From Tepidisphaera sp. (GTDB taxonomy: Bacteria > Planctomycetota > Phycisphaerae > Phycisphaerales > UBA1924): 64,000 nucleotides of DNA. Of this stretch, positions 20,883-29,056 are shown in pieces (position 1 is the first letter of the stretch; each line of letters opens with the position of its first letter). The position numbers and the translations under genes were made by a program. The notes under the pieces are model-generated. The model was not told the origin of the DNA, ran no database searches, and saw only the letters and a list, made by a program, of their open reading frames with translations. The stretch is from the NCBI GenBank assembly GCA_050916045.1, contig CP051526.1, positions 512,001 to 576,000 of the forward strand, in the 5' to 3' direction.

Positions 20883-21068
20883 GGATTCTCTCTCCCGCGC
20901 CGAACCACAAACGCTCGCCGCATCTCCGTGGCAAAGGATACGGGACAACCCCCGAACTTCCAAGATCCAACTCACCGGGCTGGCCATTTTCACTCGGCGG
21001 TTCCCCGTTTCGGGACGTTTACGAGGGGGTTTCCGCCGTCCGGACGGACGCTGGACGGCATGGAAGGC

Positions 21069-23987
21069 TCATTTCGGACGCTCGATGTCGGACTTCATGG
21101 CTTCTCGAATGGCTTGGAGCGCTTCGCGGGTTTCGACGATGGCTGGGGAGGCGTCGGTGAGCGCGCCGTGCTTGGTGCGGAGCTCTTCGAACCGAGTTTG
21201 GGCGGCGGTCATGAACTGCTCGGCTTGGCGGAGCTTGGCGTCACGGTCGGGGCCGGTCGCGACGGCGAGGGTGGCGTAGGCGAGATTGATCTGGCCCATC
21301 TTGAACTCGGCCAGGCCCAGATCGCGGAGGTGGCGAGCGGTGGCGTCGGTCTTGTACAGGCCCGCTCGGAGGCGCAGCGAGTCGGCGTAGGACCGCTCGG
21401 CTTCGGCGAGCAGCGCGGGCCTGTTCGCCGCGTCCAGCCGGGCCAGCCAGCGGCGCTCGTTGCCGACCTTGTTGAGCATCACGGCCCAGTCGCGGACACC
21501 CTCGATGTTCTTGGGGTCGGACTCGGAGAGGCGGGAAGCGACGGCGAGCCCGCGGGCGTACGCGGTCGCGGCTTTGGTGCGGAGCGAGCGCTCGATGGCG
21601 GATCCGTCCTCGCCTCCGACGACCTTTGCAAGATCGGCGGGGAGGGTCGTGATACCGAGCTTTTCCTCGAGGACGCGGAGGATGTCCGCTTTGCCCGAGA
21701 CGGCGAAGCCGAGGTTGTTGCAGGCGACGTAGATGTCGCGGTCTGCGGCGCCGCTCGCGGGAGCGTCGGCGGCGATCTCGCCGAAGCGTTCGAGGGCGGG
21801 CGTGGCACGGGCGATTGCTTCGTCAAATCGGGCAGCGGCTTCGATCAGGAGCTCGGTAATGGCGGGGCTTGGCTGATTGCCCTTGCCGAGGGCTTCGGCG
21901 AGGCGTTCGGCTTCGTCAATGGCGGCGCGACCGCGGGAGGTTCCGATCGAGGCTTTCTTGCTCGCCAGGATGCTGAGAACGCCCTTGGCTTCGGCGTCGT
22001 TGGCGTCTGCGGCGAGCCTTGGGGCCCAGTACTCGGTCTGGGCGCGGTCGTAGCGGGATTGAGCGGCGGCGATGTGGTCTTCGGCTTCCGCCCGGTTCGG
22101 AGCTTTCTCGCCCAGGCGAGCTTTGGCGTCACCCTGAGCGACGAGCATGCGGTAGCGCTGTTCGAGGAGATCTCGGCGGGCCTGCGAGTCGGCGGGGGCT
22201 TTGGCTTCTGCGGAAGCGAGCCACTCGATGGCTCGCTGGTAGTGTCCGAAGGCTTCCTCGTAGCGTTCGCCGCGTTCGGCGATCCAGCCTTCCTGCTGGG
22301 CGCTGGTCGCGGCGTTTTCGAGGGCTTTGGGATCGTCGGGGAAGCGTTTGAGCAGGCCCATTCGGACGGAGCGAGCTTCGGCGAAGCTCTTGGCGGCTTC
22401 CTCGGTGTCTCCGACGCGGGGGAGGTACAGGCCGCCTTGAATTCGGCCGAGCTGGTCGAAAGCGTCGGCGAGCTCGCGGAGGAGAGCTGGGTCGTCGCCG
22501 ACCTCGCCGCGGAGGGAGCCGAGGTACGCGGCGGCTTCGCGGGCGAGGCGTTCGCGGGCGGGGGTGGCGCCGCGCAGGTTGCCGATGTCGCGGCTGAAGT
22601 CGTACATGAAGGAGCGGGCGAGGGCGCGGCCTGCGGCGAAGTTGCGTTCGGCGCGGGCTTTCTGATCGTCGGCGGCGGTCTTGGCCTGAACGGCGGCGAT
22701 GCGCTGTTTCTGTTCTTCCCTGCTGGTCTGGCGTTCGGCTTGGTAGAGGAAGGTCATGCCGACGGCAGAGATGGAGATCAGAGCGGCGAAGGAGAGGAAG
22801 ACGCCTGCGGTGACGCGGTGGCGTTTGAGGGTCTTGGAGAGCAGGTACATCGCGCTGTCGCGCTTGGCTTCGATGGCTTCGCCGTTGAGGTAGCGTTCGA
22901 GGTCGCGAGCGACCTCGCCGGCGGACTGGTAACGCCGTGCGCGGTCCTTGGCGAGACACTTGAGAACGATCGTCTCTATCTCGCTGTTGACGCGGCGACC
23001 GACGGAGCTGGGCCGGGCTGGCTCGGCTCGAAGGATGTTGTCGAGCACATCCCGCATGTTGCCGAGGACGGCGTAGGGGAATCTGCCGGTCAGAAGCTGG
23101 TAGAGGATGACGCCGAGCGAGTAGACGTCGGTGCGGACGTCGATCGCGTCGGGGCTGCCGTCGGCCTGTTCGGGGCTGGCCCATGGCAAGCTGCCGATGA
23201 ACTGGCCGGTCATGGTCATGGCGGGCTGGTCGCCTGTGGAAGAGCCCATGCCGGCGAGGGCGACCTTGGCGAGGCCGAAATCGACGACGACGGGCTCGCC
23301 GCGCTGGTCGACACGGATGTTCGCCGGCTTGAGGTCGCGGTGGATGACGCCGCGAAGGTGAGCGGCGTTCACGGCGTCGCAGATTTTGATGAAAAGGCGG
23401 AGGATGTCTTCGGTCGCCCATGCACCGGTCGCGGCGGCTTGGCTTCCCGAACTTGAGCGGCGAGCGGCTCGCGAACCGGTTCCGGAGCCGGAGTGGTGCT
23501 GCGGAGCGGGGACGCCGGACTTGCCCTCGATCAGATCGTCGAGCGGGCGGCCCGAGATGTAGTCCATCACGTAGAAGAACGAGCCATTGCTCGCCACGCC
23601 ACTGTCGTGAATGTGGACGATGTTGGGGTGGTTGAGCTGGCCGAGGATCTGGACTTCGCGTTCGAAGCGTGAGCGGCCGGAGGTGCCGGCGAAGGGGCCT
23701 TCGTGGAGGATCTTGATGGCGACGCGGCGTTTGGTTGCTCTTTGGAGGGCCAGATAGACGACGCCCTGGCCGCCGCGGTGGATTTCGTGGAGGATGTCGT
23801 AACCGGGGAAAGCGTCGGGCGGCGGGAGGGCTCCGGTGCGGGAAGCGCTGGAGTCGAAAGCTTCGGGTCGCTGGGCTTCCTGGCCGAGGACGGCGTCGAT
23901 GAGGTGGCGTTCGCCCGAGCCGCTGGCCGCTTGCGGGCCGATCGGGGCGTCCTGTAGGGAGGGGGATGGGTCGTTTGGGGTGGTCAC
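21069..23987 (-). CDS. Hanks-type Ser/Thr protein kinase with one TM helix and TPR-like C-terminal region
   Basis: IHRGGQGVVY, VAIK, HRDLKPAN, DFGLAK, GSLPWASPEQ, DVYSLG; hydrophobic VTAGVFLSFAALISISAVGMTFLY; helical repeats follow. Confidence 0.93.
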   Translation of the reverse strand: MTTPNDPSPSLQDAPIGPQAASGSGERHLIDAVLGQEAQRPEAFDSSASRTGALPPPDAFPGYDILHEIHRGGQGVVYLALQRATKRRVAIKILHEGPFAGTSGRSRFEREVQILGQLNHPNIVHIHDSGVASNGSFFYVMDYISGRPLDDLIEGKSGVPAPQHHSGSGTGSRAARRSSSGSQAAATGAWATEDILRLFIKICDAVNAAHLRGVIHRDLKPANIRVDQRGEPVVVDFGLAKVALAGMGSSTGDQPAMTMTGQFIGSLPWASPEQADGSPDAIDVRTDVYSLGVILYQLLTGRFPYAVLGNMRDVLDNILRAEPARPSSVGRRVNSEIETIVLKCLAKDRARRYQSAGEVARDLERYLNGEAIEAKRDSAMYLLSKTLKRHRVTAGVFLSFAALISISAVGMTFLYQAERQTSREEQKQRIAAVQAKTAADDQKARAERNFAAGRALARSFMYDFSRDIGNLRGATPARERLAREAAAYLGSLRGEVGDDPALLRELADAFDQLGRIQGGLYLPRVGDTEEAAKSFAEARSVRMGLLKRFPDDPKALENAATSAQQEGWIAERGERYEEAFGHYQRAIEWLASAEAKAPADSQARRDLLEQRYRMLVAQGDAKARLGEKAPNRAEAEDHIAAAQSRYDRAQTEYWAPRLAADANDAEAKGVLSILASKKASIGTSRGRAAIDEAERLAEALGKGNQPSPAITELLIEAAARFDEAIARATPALERFGEIAADAPASGAADRDIYVACNNLGFAVSGKADILRVLEEKLGITTLPADLAKVVGGEDGSAIERSLRTKAATAYARGLAVASRLSESDPKNIEGVRDWAVMLNKVGNERRWLARLDAANRPALLAEAERSYADSLRLRAGLYKTDATARHLRDLGLAEFKMGQINLAYATLAVATGPDRDAKLRQAEQFMTAAQTRFEELRTKHGALTDASPAIVETREALQAIREAMKSDIERPK

Positions 23988-24076
23988 GGGGATCGGGTTC
24001 GGTTTGGTGGCCGGGAGCGGGCGCGGGGCTTCCGTGAGGCAGGGAACGTCAGGGGTGGTGGAAGTTCACGGGAAAG

Positions 24077-24739
24077 TCAGCCTGGAGTGGAGAAAAACTT
24101 GGAATCCGACCCCAGGATTTCCTTGAGTCGGTCGTGGGCACGGGCTCGGAGCATGTAAGCGGCCCCCTCGGACCGCTTCATCTCGGCAGCGATCTCGGAC
24201 ATGGGCTTGCCGGCGAGGTCGTGGCCACGGATGACGCGTTCGTAATCCGGTGGGAGGGCGCGGAGGGCGACCTCAAGCATGCCGCCGGCTTCGTCCTTGG
24301 CGACCACGCGACTTGGGGTGATGGTGTTGATGCCGAGGAGATTGATGAACGCGGACGCGGAGTCCTCGCGGTTGGGGGTGACCTTTTTCCGAGGGTCGAA
24401 GCGTTTGGCGGCTTCGAGGGAGCGGATGGCGTCGATGAGGTTGTTTTCGGCGAGGCGGGAGACCCAAGCGACGAATCCGGAGTAACCGCCGCCGGTGAAG
24501 GAGCTCAGGCGAAGGACGACTTCCATGTAGGTGACTTGCATGACGTCGTCGGCTTCGAGCAGGGTTCGGATGGCCGGGGATAGCTTGGGCTCGATGCGAG
24601 CGCGGACGCGCGGGCCGACGGCTTCGAGGAGTTCCGCGAGGGATCTGCGATCTCCGCCCTTGGCGCGGAGCAGGAGCGCATCGAGGACGGGATCGGCTTT
24701 GGGATCGGGCTTGGGGCCGCCATTGGGGGCGTCGTTCAC
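24077..24739 (-). CDS. ECF RNA polymerase sigma-70 factor (planctomycete kinase-associated type)
   Basis: C-terminal 220 aa of ORF 24077..26863; AGGAGG before GTG 24739. LLLRAKGGDRRSLAELL, EADDVMQVTY, FVAWVSRLAENNLID, ALRALP, SEIAAEMKRSEGAAYMLRARA. Confidence 0.9.
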   Translation of the reverse strand: MNDAPNGGPKPDPKADPVLDALLLRAKGGDRRSLAELLEAVGPRVRARIEPKLSPAIRTLLEADDVMQVTYMEVVLRLSSFTGGGYSGFVAWVSRLAENNLIDAIRSLEAAKRFDPRKKVTPNREDSASAFINLLGINTITPSRVVAKDEAGGMLEVALRALPPDYERVIRGHDLAGKPMSEIAAEMKRSEGAAYMLRARAHDRLKEILGSDSKFFSTPG

Positions 24740-24814
24740 GCGGGCCTCCTTCGGTAGAGTGTACGATACCTTGATCTCGCGCGCGTCGAGCGCAAGCAGC
24801 CAGAGCGAGCACCG

Positions 24815-27154
24815 ATGCCCGATCAAGAGGCCCGACCCAAACCATCTCCGGACGCTGAGCAGGCCGATCGGGCCGCGGACATCCGTGGATTCTCGACGAT
24901 GGATCTGCCGTCGCCGTTTGAATTCGGGATGCCGATTCCGACGCGGGTGGGGCCGTACATCGTGCTGAGCAGGCTGGGCGAGGGCGGAATGGGCGTGGTG
25001 GTGGAAGCCGAGCACGAACGGCTGCAGAGCCGGGCGGCGCTCAAGCTGATGCGGCGGTCGGCCGCCCGGGCTCCCTCGGCTTCGGCGGTCGAGCGGTTCG
25101 TCGCCGAGTCTCGGTACCTGGCGATGCTCGAGCATCCGGCGATCTGCCGTGTGCTTCACGCGGGGACGTACGTCGACGCGCGGGGGGAGTCGCTCCCGTA
25201 CTTCGCGATGGAGCTTGTGGAGGGCGGGAGGGACATCCGGCGGTACTGTCTGGCGGAATCGCCGACGATCCGCGACCGGGCCCGGCTGATGCTTCCGATT
25301 CTGGACGCGGTGGAGTACGGGCACCAGCGCGGCGTTCTTCACCGCGACCTCAAGCCGGAGAACATCCTTGTCCGCGGCGGGGGGAGTTCGGGCGAGACGG
25401 GCGACAGCGTCAAAGCCAAGCTGATCGACTTCGGCATCGCGCATGCGGTCGGCGACGCGCCGGGAAAGAGCAGGCTGACCGTCGTGGGGTCCTTCATCGG
25501 AACGCCGCGATACGCAAGCCCCGAGCAGCTCTCCGGGAACCCCAAGCTCGTCGATCAGCGGACGGACGTTTACGCGCTGGGTGTCGTTCTCAGCGAACTC
25601 CTGCTCAATCAGCATCCGTACGGGATGGTGGATGTCGATGTGGAGTCGGCGAGCGAAGCTTTGAAGCGCACGCCGGACCTGCGAACCGGGAGCGACGGCG
25701 AGCCGGTTGATCGCGATCTGGAGACGATTCTCCGCACGGCGGTGGCGCGAGACCCCGACGAGCGGTACCAGACCGTCGCGGCGATGGCGACGGATCTGCG
25801 CCGGTGGCTGAACGACGAGCCGGTGCTTGCGCGGCGTCCATCGTGGTGGATGATTGGGCTTCGGCGGGCGCGTTCGGTGACGAGCCGAAATCGGCCGCTG
25901 ACCCGCGTGGGGGTGGTTGCGGCGGCGACCTTGCTTGCGATGCTTCCCTTCGGCGTGCTGCGGGACGTGGTCGCCGGCGCGCAGGGCGCGCTCGCGGTGG
26001 CGATGGCTCCCGCGTGGACGCCGCCCGCGTCGTCGGACGGGGTCGCGGTCGCGCTGATCACCGACGAGACCAAGCCCGAAACGCTCGGCGCGGCTCTGGG
26101 GATCGAGATCGCTCCCCAGGTCGGGCCGACGTGGCGGCGGATGCACGGGAAGGTGATCGAGAAACTCGCGGAAGCGGGCGCGGCGGGGGTCGTGCTCGAC
26201 ATGGCTTTCTCGAAGGATGCCGATGACCCGGCTTTTGATCGTGACTTTGCGGCCAGCATCGACAAGGCGCAGGGGGCGGGAGTGCCGGTCAGCGTCGGGG
26301 TCTTCAACTGGTTTGATCGGACGGCGCCGTTCCTTCGAGGGAAGGTGTTCGAGGGCGGCGCGACGTTCGCCAGCATGCCGGGGATGTGGGTGGTCGATCT
26401 GGCGATGATGAGGGACGACGGGAGCTCGCCGGGGGCGATCGGTTCGCTTGCGCTCAACGGCCTTGCGGCGGCGCGGGCGCCCGGAGCGGTGCCCTTGGCG
26501 GCGCTGCACGATTCTCAACAGGTTGTCGAGGTGCGTTACGTTCGCTCGCATGACGGGCGCGTTGTGGAGGACTCCGTCCGCGATGTCATTCCGGCGCAGA
26601 TCGCTCTTGTCGGAGCGGACGACCCTCAGATCGGCCTGCGGGCAAGCGACCGGGCCGCGAGGATCCTCGTTCCGCCGTGGGATCAGGACGCCGAAGCCCG
26701 GGCGACCATCGAGTACGCCGACCTCGCTCGGGGGGATCCGCAGGCTCTCGCCCGGGTGGCGGGGAAGGTCGTGATCATCGCCCGCTGCGATCAGGAAGTT
26801 CGAGAAGCCGAGACGATCGAGCACCCCTCGACTGGAAGACCGGTGTGGCGCGTCTACGCCCACGCGGCGGCGACGGCGGCTCTGATGCAGCAGCGTTCCG
26901 TGCGTCTCCTCAGCCCGGCGTGGGAGTGGGGCGCGACGGCGGCGGTAAGCGTGCTCGGCGTCGCCGCGGGCGTCTGGCCGAGAAGGTTCGGGCGGAAGGT
27001 TGCGGCGGCACTAGGATTATCGGCCGGCGTGGTCGGCGTGAGTCTTCTCGCGTGGTGGCTGGAGGGTCTGCTGGTGCTTCCGGCGCAGCCTCTGACGGGG
27101 CTGCTCATAGCGGCGGTAGGGGCATGGTGGCTCGCGCCGCGAGCCGTTCGCTGA
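24815..27154 (+). CDS. Ser/Thr protein kinase fused to a CHASE2 sensor domain and three C-terminal TM helices
   Basis: LGEGGMGVV, HRDLKPEN, DFGIA, GTPRYASPEQ; then HGKVIEKLAEAGAAGVVLDMAF, GKVVII, VYAHA (CHASE2-like) and terminal hydrophobic helices. Confidence 0.9.
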   Translation: MPDQEARPKPSPDAEQADRAADIRGFSTMDLPSPFEFGMPIPTRVGPYIVLSRLGEGGMGVVVEAEHERLQSRAALKLMRRSAARAPSASAVERFVAESRYLAMLEHPAICRVLHAGTYVDARGESLPYFAMELVEGGRDIRRYCLAESPTIRDRARLMLPILDAVEYGHQRGVLHRDLKPENILVRGGGSSGETGDSVKAKLIDFGIAHAVGDAPGKSRLTVVGSFIGTPRYASPEQLSGNPKLVDQRTDVYALGVVLSELLLNQHPYGMVDVDVESASEALKRTPDLRTGSDGEPVDRDLETILRTAVARDPDERYQTVAAMATDLRRWLNDEPVLARRPSWWMIGLRRARSVTSRNRPLTRVGVVAAATLLAMLPFGVLRDVVAGAQGALAVAMAPAWTPPASSDGVAVALITDETKPETLGAALGIEIAPQVGPTWRRMHGKVIEKLAEAGAAGVVLDMAFSKDADDPAFDRDFAASIDKAQGAGVPVSVGVFNWFDRTAPFLRGKVFEGGATFASMPGMWVVDLAMMRDDGSSPGAIGSLALNGLAAARAPGAVPLAALHDSQQVVEVRYVRSHDGRVVEDSVRDVIPAQIALVGADDPQIGLRASDRAARILVPPWDQDAEARATIEYADLARGDPQALARVAGKVVIIARCDQEVREAETIEHPSTGRPVWRVYAHAAATAALMQQRSVRLLSPAWEWGATAAVSVLGVAAGVWPRRFGRKVAAALGLSAGVVGVSLLAWWLEGLLVLPAQPLTGLLIAAVGAWWLAPRAVR

Positions 27155-27160
27155 AGGGAG

Positions 27161-28117
27161 ATGGTTCGCATGGATCGCGACGCGTCGGCTCAGAACGTCA
27201 AAGCATGGGTGGTCACTGGCACGGCCTTTAGCGTGGTCGGTTGCGTGCTGATCGCGGTTCTGCTCTTCCGGCCCGCTCCGGCCACGCTTCGCGACAGCCA
27301 GCCGGACGCGCCCACGCCGAGCTCGACGGGACCGTCGGAGGTTTCGGCGGGCATGACGATCGGATTCACGCGTCCGCGGCCCGCGATGCGGATGAACAAG
27401 GACCTGGACGTTGAGCTTCGCGAGTGGTCGCACCTGGTGGCCAAGGGCGATCAATCCGCGCCGCCGCCGCAGCCCAAGGAAGCCTGGTACGACATCCTCG
27501 TGGGGCCGGCGGACCTCACGCTCTCGTCCAAGATTCCCTTCAAGCTCAAGGGGCACTTCAGCAATCCGCGAGTTCAGGTTGAGAACGCGCTGATGTACCT
27601 GAGCGGTCGATGGATCATCCCGACGACGCGGCGCATCCGCGGGGTGAGCCCTGGCGGGCTGATGTCCGACCCGACCATTCCCGGTCTTTCCGGGTCGAGC
27701 GGGTCGATGACGCCCATCCCGTGCGCGAACGTCGACAACCAGGACGAGATCGTCGAAGGCAAGCTCGTGGTGTTCACCGACGCGACGCGGGACGTCGTCT
27801 TCTTCGCCCCCGGCGCGAAAACCCCGACGGCGACGCTGGTTCTCCGCCAGTGGACCGCCGGGATGGGGTCTCCAAACGAGCCCACACCCGGAAACGAGGT
27901 GCCCGAGTGTTTCCAGATCTCCAGCGGGTACTACTACGTCATCAGCTTTGACGCCACGCTCGGGAAGCAGAAAGCCACGGCGTACGCGTGGAACCTCGCC
28001 ACCGGGACGCACGATCAATCGATCAAGGACATCCTCAGCCGCGTCAACACCCAGGTGATCGGCCTGGACTACACGTCGGTCGTGAGCGTGATTCCGCAGC
28101 TCAAACCGTCACCTTGA
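27161..28117 (+). CDS. Hypothetical membrane-anchored protein, possibly divergent FecR-like
   Basis: 6 nt after the kinase stop; N-terminal TM (WVVTGTAFSVVGCVLIAVLLF); clear paralogue of the next gene. Confidence 0.7.
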   Translation: MVRMDRDASAQNVKAWVVTGTAFSVVGCVLIAVLLFRPAPATLRDSQPDAPTPSSTGPSEVSAGMTIGFTRPRPAMRMNKDLDVELREWSHLVAKGDQSAPPPQPKEAWYDILVGPADLTLSSKIPFKLKGHFSNPRVQVENALMYLSGRWIIPTTRRIRGVSPGGLMSDPTIPGLSGSSGSMTPIPCANVDNQDEIVEGKLVVFTDATRDVVFFAPGAKTPTATLVLRQWTAGMGSPNEPTPGNEVPECFQISSGYYYVISFDATLGKQKATAYAWNLATGTHDQSIKDILSRVNTQVIGLDYTSVVSVIPQLKPSP

Positions 28118-28176
28118 CTCATGGCGAGAGCGGCGAACCGCCGACGTTTGCGATTCTTGCCGAAAGGACCTTTCTG

Positions 28177-28923
28177 ATGCCGGAAGAGACCGTCAGTCCA
28201 CGTCCGGGAGCCCAGCGCGTCGCCGTCCGTCCCTCGTCCGTCGCCACGATCTCCGCGTGGACGCAGATCGAGAAGCGGAGCCGGCCCGGCATCGCTCCGG
28301 ATTCCACCATGCTCGTCGGGCCCGCCGCTGGCCAGGCTTCTGCCGCCGTTTCGGAGGGGAGTGGGCAGGGCGAACCACGCTTGGTGAACGGGATTGCGGC
28401 GTTCGCCGGCCGGTGGGTGATCCCCACAACGCGGCGGATCCGCGGAATCACGCAGGGCGGGATTCAGTTCGGCGGCACGACGCCGGGAGGCGGCGGGAGC
28501 GAGGGTGTCGTCGGAGCCGCCGGGCTTCTGTCCGATCCCGCGATGCCCACGACGCAGGGGCGGACGCTGATCGTCTCGTCGGATCCTTCGTCAGACGTGG
28601 TGTTCTTCCCGGCGGGGGGCGCGGCTTCGGAGCTCAAGCTGGTGCTTCGCGGCTGGAAAGCCGGGTTCACGGGCCCCGACGATGAGGAAGGGGCCGAGGT
28701 GCCGACGGCGCTGACGCTGCGATCGGGGCACTACTGCGTCGTGACGACGGATGCTTCGATGCGGATGCAGCGAGCCGCCATCGTCCCGTGGTCGATTCCG
28801 ACGGGCTCGACGCTGACGCACGCGCCGCAGGTGATCGGCGTGCTCGCGTTGATCAACGCGCAGATCAAGGCTCGCGGGTTGGAGTCGGTGATGCCGGTCG
28901 TTACGTTCCCCTCGCCGGCGTGA
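28177..28923 (+). CDS. Hypothetical protein, paralogue of the upstream gene lacking the TM anchor
   Basis: GAAAGGA before ATG 28177; shares GRW(I/V)IPTTRRIRG, SDP, DVVFF, LVLR.W.AG, EVP, SG(Y/H)Y with 27161..28117. Confidence 0.7.
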   Translation: MPEETVSPRPGAQRVAVRPSSVATISAWTQIEKRSRPGIAPDSTMLVGPAAGQASAAVSEGSGQGEPRLVNGIAAFAGRWVIPTTRRIRGITQGGIQFGGTTPGGGGSEGVVGAAGLLSDPAMPTTQGRTLIVSSDPSSDVVFFPAGGAASELKLVLRGWKAGFTGPDDEEGAEVPTALTLRSGHYCVVTTDASMRMQRAAIVPWSIPTGSTLTHAPQVIGVLALINAQIKARGLESVMPVVTFPSPA

Positions 28924-29056
28924 GAGTGGATTGGGCTTTGTTCGGATCGCGGCGGGTTGCGGCGTTGAAGTTCCGGTCGGGATGAGGTATTGTGGGCGTC
29001 CCGCGTGGGCCTCCGTCCGGTTGGAGGTCGCGCCGGTTCGAAGGGAAGCCCGACGC

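Noticed and set aside
24740..26863. 928-aa minus-strand ORF suggesting a giant sigma-factor fusion
   Set aside because: The upstream part is the antisense shadow of the CHASE2 kinase; only the last 220 aa look like a protein and they have their own SD and GTG.
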